Shown here piece by piece: positions 38,336-46,770 of a stretch of DNA of 64,000 bases; the first letter of the stretch is position 1; every line of letters starts with the position of its first letter. Under the pieces are notes generated by a model. The model made no database searches. It saw nothing but the letters and a program-made list of their open reading frames with translations, and was not told the origin of the DNA. Source of the stretch: Candidatus Peribacteria bacterium (GTDB lineage Bacteria > Patescibacteriota > Gracilibacteria > UBA1369 > UBA12463); NCBI GenBank assembly GCA_943355055.1, contig CALREA010000003.1, positions 11,343 to 75,342 on the forward strand, read 5' to 3'. The position numbers were made by a program, and so were the translations under genes.

Positions 38336-38921
38336 GCCATTTATTATTGGCATTTTCGGCCCAATCGGTTCAGGGAAATCTACGGTTGCCGGTTTATTTC
38401 GAGAGAATAGGTATGTTGCGTGGGATGCGGATGAAGTCGTAAGTCGACTGTATATGTCCGGTGGAACAGGCGCGAAAAAAATTGGTGAGTTCTTCGGGTA
38501 TACATTTTTGAATAAAGATGGTTCTGTTTCGAAGAAGAAGTTGGGTCGTCTTGTACTGTCACATCCTGCCAAGATGCGAATTCTCGGGCATATTATTCAT
38601 CCACTCGTCGTGAATGACGCTCAGCACTGGATTGACGAACAGAAAAAGGCCGGGAATTTTTTGTTAGTTCTTGAGTCGTCGGCTTTTGAACCTGCGGACC
38701 TTGGACGTTTTCCCTGTGTGCTGCTGCGCGTGACTTCTGATGAGCAACTTTGTCGAGAGAGGGTTCTATTGAGAGGGAAGGATGATGCCTATTTCGATGC
38801 AATGAGTCATAATTTTCGTGATTATGAAACGCCACATCAAATTGTCAATAACGGTAGTTTGGAGGATTTGAAAAAGGTATTTGAAAATGTCCTTCCAGCC
38901 ATTACAATGAATGCGATCTAA
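38328..38921 (+). CDS. coaE: dephospho-CoA kinase
   Basis: MNKPFIIGIFGPIGSGKSTVA P-loop start. The upstream ORF extension is rejected. Confidence 0.9.
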   Translation: MNKPFIIGIFGPIGSGKSTVAGLFRENRYVAWDADEVVSRLYMSGGTGAKKIGEFFGYTFLNKDGSVSKKKLGRLVLSHPAKMRILGHIIHPLVVNDAQHWIDEQKKAGNFLLVLESSAFEPADLGRFPCVLLRVTSDEQLCRERVLLRGKDDAYFDAMSHNFRDYETPHQIVNNGSLEDLKKVFENVLPAITMNAI

Positions 38922-38931
38922 TTTCTCCTTT

Positions 38932-40380
38932 ATGCCAACAGAAAAAATGGAACTTGAAACGATTATCGGTCTTGAAATTCACGCGCAAATTGCCACGAAA
39001 TCGAAGATGTTTTGTTCTTGTTCGGCTAACGCCTATAATGCCGAGCCCAATGAAAATACCTGCCCGGTTTGCATGGGTTTTCCGGGACAGCTACCTGTTA
39101 TTAACGTTGAGGCTGTTCGTAAAGGAGCGATTGCGGCTATGGCGCTCCAGTGTACTATTCCTGAGTATTCCAAGTTTGATAGAAAAAATTATTTTTACCC
39201 GGATTCCCCGAAGGGGTACCAAATTTCACAGTTCGATAAGCCGCTTTCTGAACATGGGAAGATTACGATTCGCGTGCAAGGGGAGGATAAAGTTGTGGGT
39301 ATTACCCGTCTTCACTTGGAAGACGATGCCGGTAAGTTGACGCATGTTGATCGTGGGACGCTCTGTGATTTTAATCGTGCGGGCGTGGCATTGATGGAAA
39401 TCGTTAGTGATCCGGATATGCGTAGTAGCGCCGAGGCAGCCGCATATGCCAAAGAGATTCAAGTTATTGTTCGATATGTCGGATCGAGTGATGCTGATAT
39501 GGAAAAGGGCATGATGCGTTTCGATGCGAGCGTTTCAATGAGGCCAAAAGGAGATACTAAACTCTATCCACGTGCTGAAATTAAAAATTTGAACTCATTC
39601 AAGTCGCTCGAGGCAGCAATAGAGTACGAAGTTGGACGACAGCGAAAACTATGGGAAGATGGCAAACCTCAGAGCAAAGATATTACCGTTGGATGGAAGG
39701 AGGAGAAGCAGGCCACGTACTTTATGCGCGAAAAAGAAGGTGCCGATGATTATCGATATTTCCCGGAACCGGATTTGCCACCTTTGGGCTTGAGTGAGGC
39801 AATCTTGAATGAACTTCGTAGTTCGCTACCGGAGTTACCGGCCGTTCGCAGAGGTCGATATATACGTGATTTTGCGCTTTCTGAAGCCGATGTTGAACTT
39901 CTTACCGAGGACAAGGATTTAGCTGCATACTTTGAAAATACGTTGAAAGTTGCTACCCATGATCCTAAAAAGGTAGCGAGTTTTATTACAACCGTTATTC
40001 TTCGCTTCTTAAAAGAAGACGCCAAGGATATCGATGAATGTCCCGTATCTCCTGAACATCTTGGAGAACTCTTGAATGCGGTTGAGTCCGGAAAAATTTC
40101 TAACAATATGGCAAAGGGAGAGATTTTTGAGGAGATGTATCTGAAGGGGAAAAGCCCACTTGAAATTATTAAGGAAAAGGGACTTGAACAGGTGAGTGAC
40201 ACGGGCGAGATTGAAAAAATCGCGAGTGAGGTTCTTGGTATGCATGTCGATCAGGTCGCTGAATATAAATCCGGAAAAGTGAAGGTTTTTGGGTTCCTCG
40301 TTGGTCAGGTGATGGCCCGCATGAAGGGTCGTGCCAATCCCGGAGTAGTAAATGATGTGGTTAAAAAACTCCTAGGGTAG
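38932..40380 (+). CDS. gatB: aspartyl/glutamyl-tRNA(Asn/Gln) amidotransferase subunit B
   Basis: ETIIGLEIHAQ, CPVCMGFPGQLPV, LHLEDDAGK and the C-terminal GatB_Yqey region. The start is ATG 38932 or 38947. Confidence 0.95.
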   Translation: MPTEKMELETIIGLEIHAQIATKSKMFCSCSANAYNAEPNENTCPVCMGFPGQLPVINVEAVRKGAIAAMALQCTIPEYSKFDRKNYFYPDSPKGYQISQFDKPLSEHGKITIRVQGEDKVVGITRLHLEDDAGKLTHVDRGTLCDFNRAGVALMEIVSDPDMRSSAEAAAYAKEIQVIVRYVGSSDADMEKGMMRFDASVSMRPKGDTKLYPRAEIKNLNSFKSLEAAIEYEVGRQRKLWEDGKPQSKDITVGWKEEKQATYFMREKEGADDYRYFPEPDLPPLGLSEAILNELRSSLPELPAVRRGRYIRDFALSEADVELLTEDKDLAAYFENTLKVATHDPKKVASFITTVILRFLKEDAKDIDECPVSPEHLGELLNAVESGKISNNMAKGEIFEEMYLKGKSPLEIIKEKGLEQVSDTGEIEKIASEVLGMHVDQVAEYKSGKVKVFGFLVGQVMARMKGRANPGVVNDVVKKLLG

Positions 40381-40406
40381 TACTGGTTGATATTTCACGG
40401 AATGTT

Positions 40407-40434
40407 TTGTTATCCGTCAAATCCATAGTATAAT
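40407..40434 (+). promoter_or_regulatory. candidate promoter (-35 TTGTTA, 16-nt spacer, -10 TATAAT) for the 40465 gene
   Basis: The hexamers were read directly. The -10 ends 30 nt upstream of the ATG. Confidence 0.35.
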
Positions 40435-40464
40435 CTTTATTACAGAGATCATAACCTCACTCCC

Positions 40465-40740
40465 ATGGTCACCTCAACTCTTGATATTCTATATTTGTCG
40501 CTTGCCGTAGGCTTTATTGTCTTGGTAATTTTCTTGTCGATTACGCTTTTGTACACGATTTTTATTTTGAGAGATGTTTCGAGTGTGACGCAGGACGTGA
40601 AAGAGGTAACAGAAAAGGTAAATCAGGTTATCGTAAGTCCACTAAATGCGTTTCATTTTCTTGTTGAACAATTAAAACCGTATTTGGAAAATGCTTTCCA
40701 TGCTATTCAGCAGAGGAGGGCGAAGAAGGGGAAGAAGTAG
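40465..40740 (+). CDS. small N-terminally anchored membrane protein (DUF948-like)
   Basis: A single TM (ILYLSLAVGFIVLVIFLSITLLYTIFIL), then a helical charged region and a KKGKK tail. Confidence 0.5.
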   Translation: MVTSTLDILYLSLAVGFIVLVIFLSITLLYTIFILRDVSSVTQDVKEVTEKVNQVIVSPLNAFHFLVEQLKPYLENAFHAIQQRRAKKGKK

Positions 40741-40924
40741 ACGCGGTGTCTTTTTTGTATGTTGTAATGGGTTATTCCGTGGCTATTGTTTTATTCTCTA
40801 TCTGTTTTTTAATGTAAAAATTTCCCCGTTCCTACATTCTATATTAGAATAGGTACGTTTTTCGTACTCTTTCTTATATCAAATGTATTTTCGTGCACAA
40901 ATCTGCATAACGAAAGAGGATATC

Positions 40925-41554
40925 ATGTCTGAATTTCAGCTCAATTCGCAGGCTGCTCAGGCACGGATCAAACGTGCCTTCAAGAGCGGTTCGCTTTTAC
41001 CCCTCAGAAAAGGTTTGTATCTTACCTCCGCCTCCTATAATCACGAGTCGAATAGGGTTGAATTGGCTGAGTTTGTAGCCTCGAAGCTTCGAAGTCCTTC
41101 GTACATCAGTTTAGAATATGTACTTGAACGGTCTCATCTGCTTCCACCTCGATCTGTTTTATCAGTTACTTCCATCACCGATGACCAGACCTCTACTTTT
41201 GAAAATTTTTTAGGAAATTTCGTTTATAGAAATATCAAGCCAAGTTGTTACTTTGGTTTTGAAGAGGTGAAGTTTCGTGATCAGGTTTATCATGTTGCCA
41301 CCAAGGCCAAAGCACTATTTGATTATCTCTATCTTAGGCCTGAATTTGGTTCTCGTAGTGAAAAATATCTTCGCATACAACTTTTTAAAAAGTCATCACT
41401 TCAATGGGAAAATTTTTCAGAAGGGGATTTTGAGCAGTTCGAATCCTATGTTTGGAAATCAAACTCTTTCAAAATGATGCGCCTGCGTCGGGTGGTTGGA
41501 GCGTATTTTGAAGGAAAAAAGTTTGATGCGTGGAGAAAACAACTATTGGCGTGA
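40925..41554 (+). CDS. AbiEi-like (type IV toxin-antitoxin antitoxin/transcriptional regulator family) protein, no adjacent AbiEii
   Basis: SGSLLPLRKGLYL ... SPSYISLEYVLERSHLL ... ATKAKALFDYLYL resembles AbiEi N- and C-terminal regions. An SD (AAGAGGA) precedes the ATG at 40925. Confidence 0.45.
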   Translation: MSEFQLNSQAAQARIKRAFKSGSLLPLRKGLYLTSASYNHESNRVELAEFVASKLRSPSYISLEYVLERSHLLPPRSVLSVTSITDDQTSTFENFLGNFVYRNIKPSCYFGFEEVKFRDQVYHVATKAKALFDYLYLRPEFGSRSEKYLRIQLFKKSSLQWENFSEGDFEQFESYVWKSNSFKMMRLRRVVGAYFEGKKFDAWRKQLLA

Positions 41555-42322
41555 TATTTTTTTATATGGAAACACTGCTACGGCGTTCCAGATGCGTTTC
41601 CAGCGTTTTGGCTCTTTGGTGAGGCGGTAGAGCCATTCGAGGCCGAGGTTTTGGAGGAAGATGGGGGCGCGTTTGATGGAGCCGGAGATGTAATCAAATG
41701 TTCCACCTATGCCGATAGCGACTTTTATAGTGGGCATTTTGTGAATGTTGCGGGCGATCCATTTTTCTTGAGCAGGGGCGCCATACGCGACGAAAAGCAT
41801 GTCAGGATTGGTGTCGTTGATGATGTCTTTTATTTTTTCTTCTTCGTGCATTGATGGGGATCCTGCGTGAGTGCCGACGATACTGATCGTTGGAAATCTT
41901 TTTTCCAGTTCGTGCTTCGTCTTGTGAGCTACTCCGGGTTGTGCGCCTAGGAGAAATATTTTTGTGCCTTTTTTGGCTGCACGTTCTGCTATATCGAGTA
42001 TGAGATCAGAACCTTTTATGAGTTCAGGTAGGGGAGTGGTTGGTTTTTTGAAGAGGAGCTTGACGAGCTTGAGGATGGATATAATTTTGGAGTCGTTTTG
42101 TGTATTGGCAGCCCAGAGTAGTCCTGTTCCATCGGCAGTGTTGATGGTGGATGTATTGAGAATTTCCATGAATTCTTTGTCGTTTTGTGCAGCGAGAATC
42201 ATTTCAGGGTTTACCGTTATAATATGCATTTGATCTTTATTCGCACGAAAAATCACATCTAATAATTCAGATTTTGTGAATGCATCAACCGGTATGCCCA
42301 TGATGGTTATCCTTTTTTGCAT
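41543..42322 (-). CDS. WecG/TagA/CpsF-family glycosyltransferase
   Basis: MGIPVDAFT, ITVNPEMI, FLLGAQPGVA, VAYGAPAQEKW and GLEWLYRL. Confidence 0.88.
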   Translation of the reverse strand: MQKRITIMGIPVDAFTKSELLDVIFRANKDQMHIITVNPEMILAAQNDKEFMEILNTSTINTADGTGLLWAANTQNDSKIISILKLVKLLFKKPTTPLPELIKGSDLILDIAERAAKKGTKIFLLGAQPGVAHKTKHELEKRFPTISIVGTHAGSPSMHEEEKIKDIINDTNPDMLFVAYGAPAQEKWIARNIHKMPTIKVAIGIGGTFDYISGSIKRAPIFLQNLGLEWLYRLTKEPKRWKRIWNAVAVFPYKKISRQ

Positions 42323-42972
42323 ATGACGATGATATTGTGATGGGAGAAAAATATTTTTTCTATAGTGAGTTTTTTGGCTACTAGTCTACGTAATTCCGAT
42401 TTGGTGAAAGCATGATAGTATCGTTCGAGTTTGTTATTCCATCCGATGAAGAGATCATTCCATTCATGTGGACCACAAAGAATTTTTGAGAGAATTGCTT
42501 TTAGTATTGATGAGATATACTTTTTTTGCCAGAGATTCCAAACGGATATGATGATTGTTCCGTTGGGTTTCGTGATGCGGATGAGTTCATTTATGGCTTT
42601 TTCTCGTAGTTCATTTGAGGGGATGTGAGGAAGTGTAGCGATGCAAAATGTAACGTCGGTTGAGTTGGATGGTAGGGGAATTTCGAGGAGAGATCCTTCG
42701 ATGAACGTTTTGGTTGGGTGAAGTTTTTTGGCTTCCGAGAGGAGATTTTTACTGATGTCGACTCCCGTATAAGTGATGTCTTTTGGAAGACTTTCGATCA
42801 GTCGGCCGTTGCCGCAGCCTATGTCGGCTACTACAGCATGAGGTAGAATTTCGTTCTTGAAGGCTTCAAACTCGGCCCAAGGTGCTTTTCGGGTTTGGGA
42901 AAACTCAGAAGCGATTATGTCGTAATCCAGCTTTACTTTTTCTAAAATTTGTCGGGCAATTTCTGATTTCAT
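42307..42972 (-). CDS. Trm9-like class I SAM-dependent methyltransferase
   Basis: YDIIASEFSQTRKAPW, VADIGCGNGR, IISVWNLWQ and ERYYHAFTKSEL parallel yeast Trm9 (YNEIAPHFSQTRYKPW, DVGCGNGKY, YRYYHLYREGEL). Confidence 0.7.
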   Translation of the reverse strand: MKSEIARQILEKVKLDYDIIASEFSQTRKAPWAEFEAFKNEILPHAVVADIGCGNGRLIESLPKDITYTGVDISKNLLSEAKKLHPTKTFIEGSLLEIPLPSNSTDVTFCIATLPHIPSNELREKAINELIRITKPNGTIIISVWNLWQKKYISSILKAILSKILCGPHEWNDLFIGWNNKLERYYHAFTKSELRRLVAKKLTIEKIFFSHHNIIVICKKG

Positions 42973-42992
42973 ATGGTAGAATGGGCTTCGCC

Positions 42993-44594
42993 ATGCATCA
43001 AATACCCATAAATCATACCCTGAAGGAGTTGGTCAGACAAGCGCTGAAATCGCCAGTGAAGGATCAAACGACTTTGCAGCAATTGAAGAATCTTTATTCG
43101 TCGAAGCATAAAGTTTCTACTCCGACGAACATGGAGCTGATTGAGGCGTACCGACATATGATCACCGACAAGGAAATTGTGGAGGATCGAGAATTTATGA
43201 AATTCTTGAGAAAGAGGGGAGTTCGATCGATGTCGGGAATTGTTTCTATTACGGTTATCACGAAAGCCTTCCCTTGCCCTGGAAAGTGCATTTTCTGCCC
43301 GACGGAGCCTGGAATGCCAAAGAGTTATCTCTCGAATGAGCCGGCGATTATGAGAGCCATCCTGAATGATTTTGGAGCATATCGACAAACGGTGAATCGT
43401 ATCGATAGTTTGAAACGAACCGGTCATGAAACGGACAAAGTTGAAATAATTGTCTCTGGAGGAACGTTTTCCTTTTATCCGCATGCCTACCAGACGGCTT
43501 TTACTAGGCAAATTTTTAATGCGTTAAATTATCCGTTGAAACCGGCAAGGAGTTTACTGAAGGCACAACAGCTCAATGAAAAAGCAGAAAATAGATGTGT
43601 CGGTTTGTCTTTTGAGACGCGGCCGGATCACATAACGGAGTTGGAAGTGAAGCGCCTCGCTACGCTCGGCGCCACTAAAATCGAGATCGGTATTCAGTGT
43701 CTGGACGACGAGATCTACGCCCTCAACCAGCGAGGCCACACGATCGCCGATGTGGCCAGATGTATGCAGCTTCTCAAAGATGGCTGTTTCAAGGTCAACG
43801 CCCACATGATGCCAAATCTCTATGGCTCCACCCCTGAGCGCGATTACGAAATGACGAAGGAGTTATTTGATAATCCGGCCTTTCGACCTGACTGGATGAA
43901 GATTTATCCGACGATGGTTGTGCCGTGGTCTGTCCTGGAAAAGATGCACAAACGTGGCGAGTTCAAGGCGTATTCTGATGAGGTGTTGATTGACTTGATG
44001 TGTAAAATTAAACCGCTTATTCCTGAATATGTTCGTGTAACCCGCTTGTACCGCGATATTCCTGCACCGACGATTGTTGACGGATCCAAGATTTCTAATT
44101 TGCGACAAGTAGTCCAGGAAGAAATGAAACGACGCGGACTTCCATCGTGCCGATGTATCCGTTGCCGAGAAGTGCGTGATACGGTGGTCGACCCAAAAGA
44201 CCTGCGTATGCGCGTAACCGAGTATGACGCCTCGAACGGCAGAGAGTATTTCATTCAGTGGGAAGATCCTGTTTCTGATAAGATTTGTGCGTTCATCAGA
44301 CTCAGATTCCCATCGCAGTATTTCACCGGCAAGAAACATTTCATCAAAGAGCTCCAAGATTGCGCCCTCATTCGCGAGCTTCACGTCTATGGCATGCAGA
44401 TTCCGCTCAACGATAGGGAAGAGGGCTCGCAACAGCACTTTGGCCTGGGTAAGACGCTTCTCGTGAAGGCCGAGGAGATCTCCCGTGCTGCCGGATTCAA
44501 GAAAATGGCTATTATTAGCGGTGTTGGAGTGCGTGAATACTACCGTAAAACCGGATACCAGCTTGATGGGACGTATATGGTGAAGGGGATTTAG
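42993..44594 (+). CDS. elp3: Elp3-type radical SAM / GNAT tRNA uridine(34) modification enzyme
   Basis: Radical-SAM cluster CPGKCIFCP, IEIGIQCLDDEIY, and the GNAT end HVYG...QHFGLGKTLL...GVGVREYYRKTGYQLDGTYMVK. The start is ATG 42993 or 42981. Confidence 0.88.
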   Translation: MHQIPINHTLKELVRQALKSPVKDQTTLQQLKNLYSSKHKVSTPTNMELIEAYRHMITDKEIVEDREFMKFLRKRGVRSMSGIVSITVITKAFPCPGKCIFCPTEPGMPKSYLSNEPAIMRAILNDFGAYRQTVNRIDSLKRTGHETDKVEIIVSGGTFSFYPHAYQTAFTRQIFNALNYPLKPARSLLKAQQLNEKAENRCVGLSFETRPDHITELEVKRLATLGATKIEIGIQCLDDEIYALNQRGHTIADVARCMQLLKDGCFKVNAHMMPNLYGSTPERDYEMTKELFDNPAFRPDWMKIYPTMVVPWSVLEKMHKRGEFKAYSDEVLIDLMCKIKPLIPEYVRVTRLYRDIPAPTIVDGSKISNLRQVVQEEMKRRGLPSCRCIRCREVRDTVVDPKDLRMRVTEYDASNGREYFIQWEDPVSDKICAFIRLRFPSQYFTGKKHFIKELQDCALIRELHVYGMQIPLNDREEGSQQHFGLGKTLLVKAEEISRAAGFKKMAIISGVGVREYYRKTGYQLDGTYMVKGI

Positions 44595-44604
44595 CTTTGA
44601 GCAA

Positions 44605-44633
44605 TTGACTTATATCTATAGATATATTATAAT
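44605..44633 (+). promoter_or_regulatory. near-consensus promoter (-35 TTGACT, 17 nt, -10 TATAAT) with a perfect 16-bp palindrome TATATCTATAGATATA filling the spacer
   Basis: Read directly: -35 at 44605-44610, palindrome at 44611-44626, -10 at 44628-44633. Confidence 0.55.
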
Positions 44634-44662
44634 GTGTGTATTATTGTTTTAACGCTATACGT

Positions 44663-44911
44663 ATGGCTCCTGATGCTTCCGCGGATGATATTATCGATTC
44701 TTTGGATGGTTGCGTGTCGGCACATATTTCCGTTAATGACGGGGAGGTTATTGATATCCTTGATTCCATTAATCTTACCTCTGAGCAATTGAAGCAGATA
44801 TTGCAAATTTGTAATAAGGGATTCCAAATATCTCTATCTGAAAGAATGCCCTCGGATTCGTACCAAGCCATTATTGACTATATTCGTGAACGTTTATCTC
44901 GATGTTCCTGA
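44663..44911 (+). CDS. small acidic hypothetical protein (82 aa)
   Basis: The first ATG downstream of the predicted promoter is used, because the ATG at 44636 would lie at or before the transcription start. The protein is Asp/Ile/Ser-rich. It is followed 6 nt later by the kinase-like gene. Confidence 0.45.
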   Translation: MAPDASADDIIDSLDGCVSAHISVNDGEVIDILDSINLTSEQLKQILQICNKGFQISLSERMPSDSYQAIIDYIRERLSRCS

Positions 44912-44917
44912 TTATAT

Positions 44918-45952
44918 ATGTTACGCATTCAAACACCCCCATTACTTTTAGAGGATTCACTGGCGGGCGTGTCTGTGCCTTCTGATGATATCCATACCGT
45001 TCTTGAAATTGAGGGAATAACTCCGAGAGTAGGGGAGAGTGTTTTTTATGCGGCGGATCATGTTCCTGATGGCTATGAACCGATTGTCACTCATATGCGC
45101 GATAGAGTCGCTGATATTCTTGATAGAATGGGCTTTTTTGTTTTTACACAGCCCCAAGCTAGCACCATGAAGTCCGGAGCTTGGAAGCCTCTTACCGATC
45201 CGAGCCTTGTTTTTAAACATACCAAAGGTTTCATCCCTAGACGTTTCGATGTACCTGATCATCCCAATTTGGTCGCTGAGAGAATTTTTCCACTTTATGA
45301 CATATATGGAAATAATCTCCCCGAAGCTCTTACGGTCGCCCCTTCTCATTACGGTATACAAACGTTAGATGAGGTCGGGCATAATCTTTCATTGCCATAT
45401 CGATTAAAGGTATTGCTTGATGCGCTTCGTGGCAGTCATGCTGCTCTTTTTCCTCAATCCATTCATCACTCAGATGTTAAACCGGCTAATATCTTTGCTG
45501 TTAAAAATTCCCATGGAGCAAGCGGTAAACTTTTTGATTTTGAAGGGGTAGGGCTTAATGCTGTTAAATCCGCACTTTATAGCCCATCAGCATATTTCGG
45601 AAAATACACTACTCGTTTGCATGTCGGGCATGATGTATTTTCCTATGGTATTTCAATTCTTGAAATTCTCACTTCCGATGATATTGTCATTCATTTCCAT
45701 AACGCATGGCAGAAGAGAAGGGGAATGATCGATCGTATTACGCCACCATCTGTTTCTTCTTCTCAAATGCTCGAGTTGTATTTTCGAGGATTTTCTCATT
45801 TGTTTGCCGATCATTGCCAACGTAATGCAATTCCTAAGCAGGTGGAAATTGTTATTCTTGAAATGCTTGATCCTCGCTTGGGGGATGTGATTAACGTCGC
45901 TTCCATCATTCGCCGTATAGAGTCGATATATCAACTCAAGAAACTTATCTAA
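44918..45952 (+). CDS. atypical eukaryotic-like protein kinase-fold protein
   Basis: Catalytic-loop-like HHSDVKPANIF, DFG-like KLFDFEGVG, and subdomain IX-like HDVFSYGISILEILT. No GxGxxG loop or VAIK lysine is evident in the N-terminal about 170 aa. Confidence 0.6.
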   Translation: MLRIQTPPLLLEDSLAGVSVPSDDIHTVLEIEGITPRVGESVFYAADHVPDGYEPIVTHMRDRVADILDRMGFFVFTQPQASTMKSGAWKPLTDPSLVFKHTKGFIPRRFDVPDHPNLVAERIFPLYDIYGNNLPEALTVAPSHYGIQTLDEVGHNLSLPYRLKVLLDALRGSHAALFPQSIHHSDVKPANIFAVKNSHGASGKLFDFEGVGLNAVKSALYSPSAYFGKYTTRLHVGHDVFSYGISILEILTSDDIVIHFHNAWQKRRGMIDRITPPSVSSSQMLELYFRGFSHLFADHCQRNAIPKQVEIVILEMLDPRLGDVINVASIIRRIESIYQLKKLI

Positions 45953-45958
45953 AGCTAC

Positions 45959-45985
45959 CAGCTTTGATTCAGCTTTGCAGCTTTG
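45959..45985 (+). repeat. three direct copies of CAGCTTTG (two tandem)
   Basis: CAGCTTTG at 45959-45966, 45970-45977 and 45978-45985, starting 7 nt after the kinase-like gene stop. Confidence 0.9.
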
Positions 45986-45992
45986 GAGGTAT

Positions 45993-46022
45993 TACTTTGT
46001 ACAATGTATCTTGTGCAAAGTA
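45993..46022 (+). terminator. 12-bp hairpin TACTTTGTACAA-TGTATC-TTGTGCAAAGTA (candidate terminator)
   Basis: The stem has one G-U pair on the plus-strand RNA. It is followed by TTGTGGTT, a poor U-tract. Confidence 0.4.
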
Positions 46023-46295
46023 TTGTGGTTCCGAATAGTCGAATCGGTGTTGACGGATGCGTATAAGTGTTAATAACGTTCCGGGTGCCAATGTATACAT
46101 GTATAGCAACGGTATAATAAAATATACACAGGTGCTCTGGTATGATTATGACTTCGAATATATTACCTCTTCATTCGACCTATGCTCCTCTCCCCTGCTC
46201 TATCATCCCTGAAAAATGGCTCTGGGACTGTAAAAATGGCAAAACTGCCTCTAGGATGCGCTGGAATTGAAAAGATGAGTTATAGGACGTTTTGC

Positions 46296-46712
46296 TCATA
46301 AACTGCCAAGCTTTTTTGCCACATCTTCATCAATATAACTTCCTAATGCTTTTATTCTTTGCCTAATGTCTATAATTGTCGTCGCGAAGCGGGGTGCTCC
46401 AGATAGACCACTACATGTTTTTTTGATTCCCATGCCGTGTGTGTGAATTTCGAGTAATTTGCTGTTTACTTTTGGACGGAGATTTATTGCATCTTGTATG
46501 GCGCTTGTGGCGCCAACTCTTGCCATGTCGATATACGCACTTGCTCCACTGAGCATGGCCTGTCCATCGTAGAGTGCTTTTTCAAATTCAGAGGCTTTGG
46601 TTTCACATGTATTACCCGATATTTTTGTTACCTGTGGGGATGAGCAATTTGTTCCTGACAATACCGATAGTGATATGGCTAAAGGGGCTAATGTTTGGCT
46701 AATGCTTTTCAT
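46296..46712 (-). CDS. secreted hypothetical protein (138 aa, 4 Cys)
   Basis: N-terminal signal-like MKSISQTLAPLAISLSVLSGTNC. No family is recognised. Confidence 0.55.
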   Translation of the reverse strand: MKSISQTLAPLAISLSVLSGTNCSSPQVTKISGNTCETKASEFEKALYDGQAMLSGASAYIDMARVGATSAIQDAINLRPKVNSKLLEIHTHGMGIKKTCSGLSGAPRFATTIIDIRQRIKALGSYIDEDVAKKLGSL

Positions 46713-46770
46713 AAGTGAGGGTGATATTTTTTAGATCGTTATTTTACTCTTTTTTTGCTGCTTGTCAATA

